From Marine Group II euryarchaeote MED-G37 (GTDB lineage Archaea > Thermoplasmatota > Poseidoniia > Poseidoniales > Thalassarchaeaceae), in NCBI GenBank assembly GCA_002457555.1, contig NTJQ01000004.1:24860-88859 (forward strand): a stretch of 64,000 nt of DNA, read 5' to 3'. Position 1 is the first letter of the stretch; the number at the start of each line of letters is the position of its first letter. The position numbers were made by a program, and so were the translations under genes. Positions 9,371 through 18,539 of the stretch are shown in pieces. The notes beneath the pieces are model-generated. The model searched no databases. It was given only the letters and a program-made list of their open reading frames with translations, and had not been told where the DNA came from.

Positions 9371-11680
9371 ATGGCCCGAAATTCTCGAGGTACAGGTATG
9401 GACGAGGACCGATTGCGTCAGGAGGCGTTAGAATATCACGCTACTGAACCAGCCGGAAAAATCAGAGTGGAGCCAACAAAGCCACACGGAACTGCTCGTG
9501 AACTCTCGCTAGCATATTCTCCGGGCGTTGCATATCCTTGCGAGGAGATTGCTGAGAACCCAGATGATGCTTACAAGTACACCTCGAAGGGTAACTTGGT
9601 AGCAGTTGTTAGCAACGGTACTGCAGTGCTTGGGTTAGGTGATATTGGTGCGCTTGCAGGAAAACCGGTAATGGAAGGTAAAGGACTCTTGTTCAAGGCA
9701 TTCGCAGACATCGACGTTTTTGACATCGAGGTAGACAGAACTGATGTTGACGAATTTGTCGAAGCGGTGAAAGCGATTGCCCCTACTTTCGGAGGAATCA
9801 ACCTAGAGGATATCAAGGCGCCAGAATGCTTCGAAATCGAACGAAGGCTCGTCGCCGAATTAGATATTCCAGTAATGCACGATGATCAACATGGTACTGC
9901 GATTATCTCCGGTGCCGCTCTAATCAATGGGTTGGAAGTCGTCGAAAAAAATGTCTCAGAAGTTAAGGTCGTGATTTCAGGCGCTGGTGCTAGTGCGATT
10001 TCTTGTGCTCAGCACTACCTTCGTCTAGGAGTTAATGCGAATAATCTGATGATGTGTGATAGCAAGGGTATCCTTACCAAATCACGAGGTGATGCCGGTG
10101 AGTTAAATGAATACAAACTCGCCTTCGCCAGAGATGTCGATGATGGCGGATTGGCACAGGCAATGGTTGACGCCGATGTATTCCTCGGTCTATCGAAAGG
10201 TGGACTGGTCTCCGGAGAGATGGTCGAATCTATGGCCGAACGCCCATTGATATTCGCTCTTGCAAACCCTGACCCAGAGATCTTACCAAACGATGTACAA
10301 GCTGTTCGAGATGATGCAATCATAGCAACTGGCCGCTCTGATTTTCCCAATCAGATAAACAACGTGCTCGGATTTCCATACATTTTCCGTGGGGCCTTAG
10401 ACGTGCGTGCTACGGAAATAACAGAAGGAATGAAAATGGCCGCAACCAAGGCTTTGGCGGCTTTAGCAAAGGAGCCTGTACCGGACGAAGTCGCCGCTGC
10501 ATATGCAGGAGAACAAATGCAGTTCGGACCAGAATATCTGATTCCAAAACCATTCGATGCGCGTGTACTAATTTGGGAAGCCAGCGCAGTAGCTCAGGCG
10601 GCTGTGAATGAGGGAATGGCTCGAATTAGCGCCAAGGATTTCGATGTCAATAAGTACCGAGAGGACCTTGAGGCTAGATTAGGATTAACTCGTTCTATCA
10701 TGCGACACGTCATCAATCAAGCAAGAAAAGATCGGAAGAAAATTGTCTTTTCAGAGGGAGAAGAACCCACGATTATCAAGGCTGCATCACAATGTCTTGT
10801 GGAAGGGATTTGCGATCCAATTCTTTTGGGACACCCCGAGCGAATTGAAGCGGTAAAAGAAGAGCTTGGGCTTACTTTTGATTGCGAGATTATCGATGTC
10901 AGATATGACCCACGCAGGCGCGGAGATTATGCTGATGAATTACACAAACTTCGTGGCCGTAAGGGGTTAACTCGCGGAGATGCCATCAACCAATTGAAGT
11001 CACCAAATTACTTTGGCCCAATGATGGTACACTGCGGAGATGCTGATGGTTATCTTGGAGGTATTGCCCATAATTACCCAGATATCGTTAAGCCATGCCT
11101 ACAAACAATTGGCCCTGACCCCTCGTCTCATCGAATTGTCGGTCTATACATGATGACCGTGAATGGTCAGTTGATGTTTATTGCAGATGCTACAATCAAC
11201 ATTTATCCAGATGCTAGAACCCTTGCAGAAATCGCTATTCAAACCGCTAAGGTCGCCCGAAGATTCGGAGTCACTCCAAAGGTTGCTATGCTTTCATTCT
11301 CCAACTTTGGAACCTCGAACGAATTACGTACTGACCGAATTGAGGAAGCCATCGCAATGGCACGTGAATTAGATCGCGGTCTAATTATCGATGGGCCAAT
11401 GCAGGCAGATACCGCTCTTGTTCCTGACCGTCAAAACGAGTTCCCATTCATGGAATTTGACGGGCCAGCCAATGTATTGGTATGTCCAAACCTTGCTTCG
11501 GCTAATATTGCCTACAAATTGCTACAGAGGATTGCAGGAGCAGAAATGACCGGTCCTATTCTAGAAGGCCTCTCTAAGCCTGCTCACGTTCTTCAGCGTG
11601 GAGACTCGGTTAGGCAGGTTGTCCACATGGCAGCAATCACTGCGGTAGATGCTCAAAGACATGCAAGGCAACGTCTCTGA
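9371..11680 (+). CDS. maeB: NADP-dependent malic enzyme with C-terminal phosphotransacetylase-like domain (MaeB type)
   Basis: 769 aa. Malic-enzyme core motifs [29 protein letters not shown] and DDQHGTAII, plus a PTA-like C-terminal half of about 330 aa. SD-like GAGGGGTG sits just upstream of the ATG. Confidence 0.93.
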   Translation: MARNSRGTGMDEDRLRQEALEYHATEPAGKIRVEPTKPHGTARELSLAYSPGVAYPCEEIAENPDDAYKYTSKGNLVAVVSNGTAVLGLGDIGALAGKPVMEGKGLLFKAFADIDVFDIEVDRTDVDEFVEAVKAIAPTFGGINLEDIKAPECFEIERRLVAELDIPVMHDDQHGTAIISGAALINGLEVVEKNVSEVKVVISGAGASAISCAQHYLRLGVNANNLMMCDSKGILTKSRGDAGELNEYKLAFARDVDDGGLAQAMVDADVFLGLSKGGLVSGEMVESMAERPLIFALANPDPEILPNDVQAVRDDAIIATGRSDFPNQINNVLGFPYIFRGALDVRATEITEGMKMAATKALAALAKEPVPDEVAAAYAGEQMQFGPEYLIPKPFDARVLIWEASAVAQAAVNEGMARISAKDFDVNKYREDLEARLGLTRSIMRHVINQARKDRKKIVFSEGEEPTIIKAASQCLVEGICDPILLGHPERIEAVKEELGLTFDCEIIDVRYDPRRRGDYADELHKLRGRKGLTRGDAINQLKSPNYFGPMMVHCGDADGYLGGIAHNYPDIVKPCLQTIGPDPSSHRIVGLYMMTVNGQLMFIADATINIYPDARTLAEIAIQTAKVARRFGVTPKVAMLSFSNFGTSNELRTDRIEEAIAMARELDRGLIIDGPMQADTALVPDRQNEFPFMEFDGPANVLVCPNLASANIAYKLLQRIAGAEMTGPILEGLSKPAHVLQRGDSVRQVVHMAAITAVDAQRHARQRL

Positions 11681-11686
11681 ATTGTC

Positions 11687-11752
11687 TTAACAGCATCCAT
11701 CACACGAACAGTCTGGGCCACAAGGGTCGCAATCGCAACAGTCACAAGGCAT
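11687..11752 (-). CDS. Candidate 21-aa cysteine-rich (metallothionein-like) micro-protein MPCDCCDCDPCGPDCSCDGCC
   Basis: Hand translation of the minus strand: ATG CCT TGT GAC TGT TGC GAT TGC GAC CCT TGT GGC CCA GAC TGT TCG TGT GAT GGA TGC TGT TAA. That is 9 Cys in 21 codons, arranged as CxCC, CxxC, CxC and CC. TATAAATA lies 21 nt upstream on the same strand. Confidence 0.3.
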   Translation of the reverse strand: MPCDCCDCDPCGPDCSCDGCC

Positions 11753-11773
11753 ATTTCCCCGACCGAAAATTAT

Positions 11774-11781
11774 TATTTATA
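11774..11781 (-). promoter_or_regulatory. TATA-box-like element (TATAAATA on the minus strand) positioned for a leaderless or short-leader transcript of the Cys-rich micro-ORF
   Basis: The plus strand reads TATTTATA. There are 21 nt between the element and the ATG at 11752, which fits the archaeal TATA-to-TSS spacing of about 25 nt. Confidence 0.3.
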
Positions 11782-11820
11782 GATAATCGAAATAATATTT
11801 TCTTGATAGCGAAATGCGAT

Positions 11821-11952
11821 CTAATTTACTCCGTCTGAATTTTCCCGCTTGTAGTATAATCTCCAAAGGTAGGCGATTATCGCAACCAAGCCTACGGCCC
11901 AACCCGGAATAATCAGTAAAATAGCCGCAATTGCCGCAATCGCTTCTAGCAT
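11821..11952 (-). CDS. Candidate 43-aa single-pass membrane micro-protein
   Basis: Hand translation: MLEAIAAIAAILLIIPGWAVGLVAIIAYLWRLYYKRENSDGVN. A hydrophobic helix is followed by a basic/polar tail. It starts 6 nt after the GYD gene stop on the same strand. Confidence 0.3.
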   Translation of the reverse strand: MLEAIAAIAAILLIIPGWAVGLVAIIAYLWRLYYKRENSDGVN

Positions 11953-11957
11953 CGAAT

Positions 11958-12281
11958 CTACTGGCCTGGTAGTCTGAAATCTCCGATGTCTGCTTTACAG
12001 ATATCGTCCATCTCTTCCACTGAGATTAGAGGCGTCAACTTACCATTGAAACTACCAGAGGCACCGATATGGAGAGATAATTTAGCGATTTTAGCACTAT
12101 CTGGCACATCCATGATACACATGAAGTCTGTATCTCCATAACACCAGTAGTACGCTTCTAGAGTCCCGCCGAGCATTTCTGCAATCCTCGCGGCCTCATC
12201 TCTTCGGGCTGTTCCACCGTCTGCCAGTAGTCCAGCCACGCCTTCACTAGTATAGCTCCCTGAAAACATGTATTTGGGCAT
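11958..12281 (-). CDS. GYD-domain protein
   Basis: 107 aa. MPKYMFSGSYTSEGVAGLL...GGTLEAYYWCYGDTDFMCIMDVPD matches the GYD family signature (YGxxD). Confidence 0.8.
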   Translation of the reverse strand: MPKYMFSGSYTSEGVAGLLADGGTARRDEAARIAEMLGGTLEAYYWCYGDTDFMCIMDVPDSAKIAKLSLHIGASGSFNGKLTPLISVEEMDDICKADIGDFRLPGQ

Positions 12282-12348
12282 GTTTTGGTGGTAATTTTGG
12301 CTCTTATATTACCGTTTTGGGATGATTTCCACTGCTAATTTATTGTGA

Positions 12349-13278
12349 TTATCTATTATACCTTCGTTCCTGCAAATCGTTCTGGTATTCTCGACCCAAA
12401 TCTGAGCCATTTTCTCCGATCCACTTACTGAATGTAATCTCCCCTAACGGCTCTTCCTCAGATGCTACCAAGCCGTTCATCAATCCGCGAATTTCCGCTC
12501 TGGTAATGACTCTGTCACGAAGGAATATTCCCAACATTTGCCCAGCTAACCAACCGATGATTGGTGGGATTGGAATAATCAATCTCCTTACCCCCATGCT
12601 CTTGCCTATCAAAGATACAAATTCCCTGTAGGTAAATCTCTCAGGACCGGCAATATCTCGAGTTATGTTTTCATCACTTGCTCCAAGTTCAATCGACACC
12701 CTTGATACATCGCGAATATGCACTGGCTGGATTGGATACTTGCCAAAACCAAAGACTCCGAATATTGGGATTTTTCTCATTATCCAGGCGATATTGTTGA
12801 TCAGAACATTTCGACCACCGCCAAAGAACACTGTTGGGCGAACGATGGCGTAGGATTGTCCGGATTCCCTGAGCAATCTCTCGGTCTCTACCTTACCTGC
12901 AAAGTAAGTCCAACCTGGGGCTTGGTCGGGTTTTGCGACACTGAAATGGACTACTCTCCTAACTCCTGCTTCGGCAGCAGCATCGAACAATTTCTTGCAA
13001 TTTTCAACAGCGATTCCGTGGTTGAAATTCCGTTGATTATCGTTGTACCGCACCCAATACGTATTATACAATACGTCTGCACCTCTCAGAGAATCGACTA
13101 ATGATTCGTAATCATCGAAATTCAATGGGTGGACTTCGACAGCGCCGTCGAATGGGTCGTCTCGAGTGGCGGCGTTGGTAAGGGTGCGAACCTGTTTGCC
13201 TTCGGAGAGGAGTTGCTTGGCTATCCATCTGCCACTATAACCGAAGGCTCCGGTTACGACATGCAGTTGGGAAGACAT
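12349..13278 (-). CDS. NAD(P)H-binding atypical SDR (NmrA/NDUFA9-like epimerase/dehydratase family)
   Basis: 309 aa. N-terminal Rossmann motif VVTGAFGYSGRWIAKQLL, and a length and layout typical of SDR_a5-type proteins. Confidence 0.75.
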   Translation of the reverse strand: MSSQLHVVTGAFGYSGRWIAKQLLSEGKQVRTLTNAATRDDPFDGAVEVHPLNFDDYESLVDSLRGADVLYNTYWVRYNDNQRNFNHGIAVENCKKLFDAAAEAGVRRVVHFSVAKPDQAPGWTYFAGKVETERLLRESGQSYAIVRPTVFFGGGRNVLINNIAWIMRKIPIFGVFGFGKYPIQPVHIRDVSRVSIELGASDENITRDIAGPERFTYREFVSLIGKSMGVRRLIIPIPPIIGWLAGQMLGIFLRDRVITRAEIRGLMNGLVASEEEPLGEITFSKWIGENGSDLGREYQNDLQERRYNR

Positions 13279-13304
13279 TGTGATTGGCCACCCCCTTCTT
13301 TATC

Positions 13305-14075
13305 TCAAGGATTTGGTGGAGATTCGACTTCCTCATATAGAATTGAGATCGAGTGATCGATGTCTATGTTATCTTGGCCACTATCATAACTAATTCTTAG
13401 GTCGTGAACTTCGTTTGTTATTCTGTGATGCACCTTCCAATTTGCGATTTCTCCTTCGTCAACAGTGGTTGGACGAATCAAGCAAGCATCGTCCGCTTCG
13501 TCGAAAAGGCGCCAAGTGATTTCCACCTCTCTACCGCCTCCCACATTATCGATTAGTTCTGGATTCTCTACATCTGAGTCGATAATTATCATCGAAGGAT
13601 ATGGCCCCCCATTCTTGGGTATAGAATCAATTTCAAGTGAATTTGGCTCATTCGTTGTATCTTGATTCCATTCGATATTGAGTTCGATTCTTACAACAAT
13701 TGTCAGGTTCACCCTCGCTTCCATCTCATCGATAGTAAATGCGTCTAGATAGTATATTCCGTGCTCAGAGAATTCAACCGAGACCATTTGTGAAGATTCT
13801 GCTGCTTCAAGTATCGGGCTTCGACCATCATTGGGGTCAATTCCAAAACTGACTAAATCATACTCAGAGATTGTTTTTGAAAAATCGAAATCTAATATGA
13901 TGCTCGATGTGGATTCTAATTCTCCATCAACGTATGTTTGAACAATTGTGCCATTTGTTGAATCATAATTTACCACTATGTCAATACCGCTATTTTCTTC
14001 GGAATGGGAGAGGCATCCAACCGCCGTATACGACAGCAAGAATACCGCCAATATCACAACTGGGTTGAAGCGCAT
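13305..14075 (-). CDS. Secreted or lipid-anchored hypothetical protein
   Basis: 256 aa. Signal peptide with a lipobox-like AVGC (MRFNPVVILAVFLLSYTAVGCLSH). Acidic, predicted beta-rich body with no catalytic motif. Confidence 0.6.
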   Translation of the reverse strand: MRFNPVVILAVFLLSYTAVGCLSHSEENSGIDIVVNYDSTNGTIVQTYVDGELESTSSIILDFDFSKTISEYDLVSFGIDPNDGRSPILEAAESSQMVSVEFSEHGIYYLDAFTIDEMEARVNLTIVVRIELNIEWNQDTTNEPNSLEIDSIPKNGGPYPSMIIIDSDVENPELIDNVGGGREVEITWRLFDEADDACLIRPTTVDEGEIANWKVHHRITNEVHDLRISYDSGQDNIDIDHSISILYEEVESPPNP

Positions 14076-14121
14076 GATTGAATCAAATCAATTCCTGATT
14101 TAACAGAAATGGTTTGCCGTT

Positions 14122-16725
14122 CTAATCAGAATCTTCCTCAACTTCTACTTCCAATACCTCTTCTAGTGATGGAGGAGGAGGAATCTGAGATTCCGATTCC
14201 ATTAGGGATGATTCGTTTCTAGAATAGGCAATTGCTCCAAGAATTAGCAAGAAAGAAATTGCGAATGCGATTCCAATTCCACCTGAAAATAGTTCTGTGA
14301 TTCCTTGCTTATCCATTGCATCGCAGATTCCATCATTGTCTGAGTCTGTTGGCCAATCTTCACCGTCCATTGAGTCTGTTCCACATTTATCTTCGTCCAA
14401 ATCGCTCCAATCATCGCCATCTCTGTCGGCATCTATTGAATCGTCAATTCCATCGCCATCGGTGTCTAACCAGCGATTTGCATCAAGTGGAAAGTCGTCT
14501 TCTGTGTCCAGATATCCGTCATTATCATCATCTGTATCTTCCTCTATTGAACCAGTTAACCCAGATTTGTGTATATCCGGAAGGCCGTCTCCATCTGTAT
14601 CCAAACCCATTGCTGGATCCAATGGCCAAGCATCTACAATATCCTCTACTCCATCTCCATCATCATCGGTATCTTCCTCCAAAGAAGTAGGGCAATTTGG
14701 AATCACGAAAGAATCCGGTCGACCATCTCCATCCGAATCAATGTAGGCGCATGCTTCGTTCGAGAAGGCGTCTTGATGATCTTTCCAATCATCATTATCG
14801 TCGTCGTCATCCTGATTATCTCCGATGCCATCCATATCATTGTCTACCCATTCTTCGGAGTTGTAGGGAAAATCATCTTCCACGTCCAAATAACCATCTC
14901 CATCGTCGTCATTATCATTATTGTCACAGACTCCATCTCCATCGCTATCTGTTGGCATTGATGATGCATCGGTTGGAGTGTGAGAGCATTCAATTTCCTC
15001 TGCATCTAACCAACCATCATTGTCATCATCAAGGTCTTCGGTTGAATCATTACATCCGTCTCCATCATAATCAGTCGTAGAATCGCTTGTCCAACCTTCA
15101 TCACCCATGGGACAGTCGTCTAATTGATTTGGTATACCGTCTCTATCATAATCTGAAATGATTACACGAACTAATGTGCCATTGTTTACAGAATTGAAAG
15201 TTTGCTCGCCCATCTTGAAACTGCAATCTGCATCATTATCATCACTGTAACAATTTGGTATTGACATGGCAATATCACCAAATTCATTGTGTATAACTTG
15301 AGAGACAGGAGAGGCCGATCGTGTGGTGGAATGTACTCCTTTCATCCATTCACTAATGCCGGCTTCATCCACCTCCAAAGCCCATCCAATCCCGTAAGTT
15401 CTGCCGTTGTGAGATTTTCCAGCAACTTCGATTGTACAAGGTGTAATTTGCCAGCACCCAGAACCTGCGACAACAATTTGACCATCTGGACCTACAGAGG
15501 CAGAGTGAATGTATGCATCTCCAGTTTCATTTGAATCCCATAGGCCTTCCCATTCCTTGTTTTCATGATTGAAAATAGCCCACCATGCATCCGAACTACC
15601 TGAATTATTTACACTAAATCCAGTTACAGAAAAATTAGCAGAGTAATGGTTGCCTCCAACTAGTATTCTACTTTCATCGATTGGTACTGTAACTTGTAGA
15701 AAATCAACTGCAGAGCCTCCAACTAGTTCATACCATTGATAAGTACCATTTGCAGAGTATTTTGCGACAAAACCATCTTGTCCTGTAATTTCATCATCGG
15801 GAGATAGTCTAAATGAACATGTGTCAAGCCAACTGCTGTCGTGACAAACTGAACCAGTAACTAATACTCCTCCATCGGAGGTAGGGATTATTCCCATCTG
15901 TTGAAGAGACCAATAACCTCCCCCTAAATCATGGTCATTTGTAGAACTACCAAGATTTTTCACCCAATCCAAAGACCCATCCGAATCTAGCTTTCCGAAG
16001 AAAATATCTGCATCTCCTTTCGTCAATGGGCCTTGAACTCCCTGAACAGAATTCAGTCTACATTGTGATACTGAGTCGGCACAGAATGTTCCTTGAAAAT
16101 AAATTTCTCCGCTCGGGCCCTCGGCTAAACTGTGGATTAAATCATTACCACCAGACCAGAAAGGGCGAGACCAAATTACCTGTCCAGATGGTGCCATTCT
16201 CAGCACGAATGCATCCATATTTCTGCCAGGTGCTTCTAAGAGCATACCATCTCCCTGAAGATAGCATTCGTTAGACAGCCAACAGAACCCTCCTGCGACT
16301 AAGATATCGCCATTTTCTAGTACGATTAGATCATCAATACGATCTCCGTATCCACTATGGAAAAGATAGGCTTCCAACCTGTTTCCTGCATTATCCATAG
16401 AGGCAACATAGGCGGGTGCGAAACTAAGTGTTGATTCTGAACCTGTATCCGAAGTAAATTCACATTCTACAGCGTTACTTAATTCGGTGCTTGAGCGACC
16501 ACAGAGAGTGCCAGCGTAATACAACTTTCCAGATTCATCATAATCCATAGCATTGACAGACTCGGAATATATACTATCATCTACAAGATGAAAAGGGCCA
16601 GATGCAATGTTGTCGGTGTTAGATTTAATCCCTAAAGAGGATAATTCATCTCTATCTTGAATTGCTGATGACATTGACATCAATAATAGAATGCTTACTG
16701 ACAGTACGACGGGTATCTTATGCAT
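14122..16725 (-). CDS. Secreted surface protein with N-terminal beta-propeller-like region, thrombospondin type-3 (Ca-binding Asp-rich) repeats and C-terminal TM anchor
   Basis: 867 aa. Signal peptide MHKIPVVLSVSILLLMSMSSA. About a dozen DxDxDGxxDxxD-type repeats (DYDGDGCND, DSDGDGVCDNNDNDDDGDGYLD, DTDGDGLPD, DTDGDGIDDSIDADRDGD). TM segment GIGIAFAISFLLILGAIAY followed by a short acidic tail. Confidence 0.8.
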   Translation of the reverse strand: MHKIPVVLSVSILLLMSMSSAIQDRDELSSLGIKSNTDNIASGPFHLVDDSIYSESVNAMDYDESGKLYYAGTLCGRSSTELSNAVECEFTSDTGSESTLSFAPAYVASMDNAGNRLEAYLFHSGYGDRIDDLIVLENGDILVAGGFCWLSNECYLQGDGMLLEAPGRNMDAFVLRMAPSGQVIWSRPFWSGGNDLIHSLAEGPSGEIYFQGTFCADSVSQCRLNSVQGVQGPLTKGDADIFFGKLDSDGSLDWVKNLGSSTNDHDLGGGYWSLQQMGIIPTSDGGVLVTGSVCHDSSWLDTCSFRLSPDDEITGQDGFVAKYSANGTYQWYELVGGSAVDFLQVTVPIDESRILVGGNHYSANFSVTGFSVNNSGSSDAWWAIFNHENKEWEGLWDSNETGDAYIHSASVGPDGQIVVAGSGCWQITPCTIEVAGKSHNGRTYGIGWALEVDEAGISEWMKGVHSTTRSASPVSQVIHNEFGDIAMSIPNCYSDDNDADCSFKMGEQTFNSVNNGTLVRVIISDYDRDGIPNQLDDCPMGDEGWTSDSTTDYDGDGCNDSTEDLDDDNDGWLDAEEIECSHTPTDASSMPTDSDGDGVCDNNDNDDDGDGYLDVEDDFPYNSEEWVDNDMDGIGDNQDDDDDNDDWKDHQDAFSNEACAYIDSDGDGRPDSFVIPNCPTSLEEDTDDDGDGVEDIVDAWPLDPAMGLDTDGDGLPDIHKSGLTGSIEEDTDDDNDGYLDTEDDFPLDANRWLDTDGDGIDDSIDADRDGDDWSDLDEDKCGTDSMDGEDWPTDSDNDGICDAMDKQGITELFSGGIGIAFAISFLLILGAIAYSRNESSLMESESQIPPPPSLEEVLEVEVEEDSD
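14305..15155 (-). repeat. Array of thrombospondin type-3-like calcium-binding repeats (protein level)
   Basis: Reiterated D-x-D-x-D-G-x-x-D motifs in the translation. They also generate the Asp-codon-driven shadow ORFs seen on the + strand (14297..15080). Confidence 0.65.
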
Positions 16726-16791
16726 GGTCTAAAAAAAATCCTCTCGTATTTTACTTTCTCCAATTTAGATTCACGTTCAATTCTATACGAA

Positions 16792-18408
16792 TCAAAGTAG
16801 AACCTTTGGAGATGAGGCTAGAACTTCCTTACTACATCCTTCTTCATACTGTTGGAAATTTTCCCTAAACATTTGCGCTAGAAGGTTGGCCACATTGTCA
16901 TATCTTTGCTTGTCTGACCATGTCTCTCGAGGTTGTAGAATTTCACTCGGCACGCCGTCACATTCGACTGGTACTGCAAAGCCGAAGCGTTCATCTTCAA
17001 CAAATACAACATCTTCTAAATCTCCCCGCAGTGCTGCGTTTAGAAGTGCTCTAGTCCAACGGATTTTGATACGATTAGATTCGCCATATCCACCTGCGAC
17101 CCAGCCGGTATTTATCAACCAACAATTTGCTTCCTGTTCACTTATCTTCGTTGATAACAAATCAGCGTAAATACTTGGGTGACGCGGCATAAATGGAGCC
17201 CCGAAACATGTCGAGAAAGTTGCTTGAGGTTCAGTAACTCCAATTTCTGTTCCCGCGACCTTAGCGGTATAACCTGACATGAAGTGGTAGGCCGCTTGGT
17301 CTGGGGTCAATCGGGAAAGTGGAGGTAGTACTCCGAAGGCGTCGCATGTCAGGAAAACCACGTTCTTTGGATGGCCTGCGGTAGAATCTTCGGTTCTGTT
17401 TTCTATGGCTTCAATTGGATAAGAAGCTCGAGTGTTCTGAGTAAGAGTTCCATCATCGAAATCTGGAACGCTATTTGAATCGAGGATTACATTCTCTAAA
17501 ATAGTTCCAGGCATTCTAGTTGTAGCATAGATTTCTGGTTCGTCTTCCTTAGACAAACCGATTAATTTTGCATAGCATCCTCCTTCGAAATTGAACACGC
17601 CATCGTCTGACCAACCATGTTCATCATCTCCGACTAATGCCCTGTGAGGATCGGCGGAAAGAGTCGTCTTTCCGGTTCCGGATAATCCGAAGAAAAGGGC
17701 TGACTCGTCACCATCTGTATTTGCCGAGCAGTGCATTGGCATGATACCTCTTTCTGGAAGAATGTGATTCATTATGGTGAAGATGGCTTTCTTGATTTCA
17801 CCAGCGTAATGAGTTCCACCGATAATTACCAAACCTCGATCTAATGCTAAAATCACGAATACACCAGAATTTACTCCGTCAAATTCAGGGTCAGCAAGTA
17901 AGTCCGGAGCGTGTAGAATTGTGTATTCAGGGACGTGGTCGCTCAATTGAGAGGGTTCACTGCGAACGAACATATTGTGGAAGAAAGCAGCGTGCCAAGC
18001 CTTCTCTGTAACTAGACGTACTGGCATTGCGTAATTTGTGTCTGCGCCACAATGCGCATCTTTGACGAATAATTGGTCTGCAGAGTCAAGGTGAGATTGC
18101 ACCTTCTTGAGAAGATTCTCAAACACCCAGCGACTTGTTGGACGGTTCACCTTACCCCACCAAACATGGTCTGCATATCCTGGTTCGTCGACTATGAATC
18201 GATCATTTGGTGAACGCCCAGTTCGTTCTCCAGTGGTTGCAAGTAAAACACCGTGCGCAGTCATTTCTGCTTCCCCAACCTGTACTGCCCTTCCGTGCAA
18301 TTCATCGGAAGACAGATTCCAATGTACTGAGCCGCTAGGATTCAATCCGTGCGAAGACAAAGGGGTTGCCGAGACGGCGGTTGTGGACGAGCGCGAGGTG
18401 CTCTCCAT
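16792..18408 (-). CDS. pckA: Phosphoenolpyruvate carboxykinase (ATP)
   Basis: 538 aa. Kinase-1a motif FFGLSGTGKTTLS, plus RSPNDRFIV and IGGTHYAGEIKK, which are typical of ATP-dependent PckA. Confidence 0.95.
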   Translation of the reverse strand: MESTSRSSTTAVSATPLSSHGLNPSGSVHWNLSSDELHGRAVQVGEAEMTAHGVLLATTGERTGRSPNDRFIVDEPGYADHVWWGKVNRPTSRWVFENLLKKVQSHLDSADQLFVKDAHCGADTNYAMPVRLVTEKAWHAAFFHNMFVRSEPSQLSDHVPEYTILHAPDLLADPEFDGVNSGVFVILALDRGLVIIGGTHYAGEIKKAIFTIMNHILPERGIMPMHCSANTDGDESALFFGLSGTGKTTLSADPHRALVGDDEHGWSDDGVFNFEGGCYAKLIGLSKEDEPEIYATTRMPGTILENVILDSNSVPDFDDGTLTQNTRASYPIEAIENRTEDSTAGHPKNVVFLTCDAFGVLPPLSRLTPDQAAYHFMSGYTAKVAGTEIGVTEPQATFSTCFGAPFMPRHPSIYADLLSTKISEQEANCWLINTGWVAGGYGESNRIKIRWTRALLNAALRGDLEDVVFVEDERFGFAVPVECDGVPSEILQPRETWSDKQRYDNVANLLAQMFRENFQQYEEGCSKEVLASSPKVLL

Positions 18409-18539
18409 GAGTCACGCCTCAGATGTTTACCTTTCAACCATTACGGATAAACCGCTGAGAGAATTTCTCTAGGATATTGGAATTCAACTAACCCTTGACG
18501 GGGATGCGATTATCGTAGAATGCCGTTCCTCGCGAGCGC

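Noticed and set aside
14244-15080. Alternate-frame ORFs across the Asp-rich repeat region (14297..14746, 14316..14690, 14569..14961 and 14697..15080 on +; 14244..14432 on -)
   Set aside because: They arise because reiterated GAT/GAC (Asp) codons read as ATC/GTC on the other strand. They are nested in the well-supported TSP3-repeat gene.
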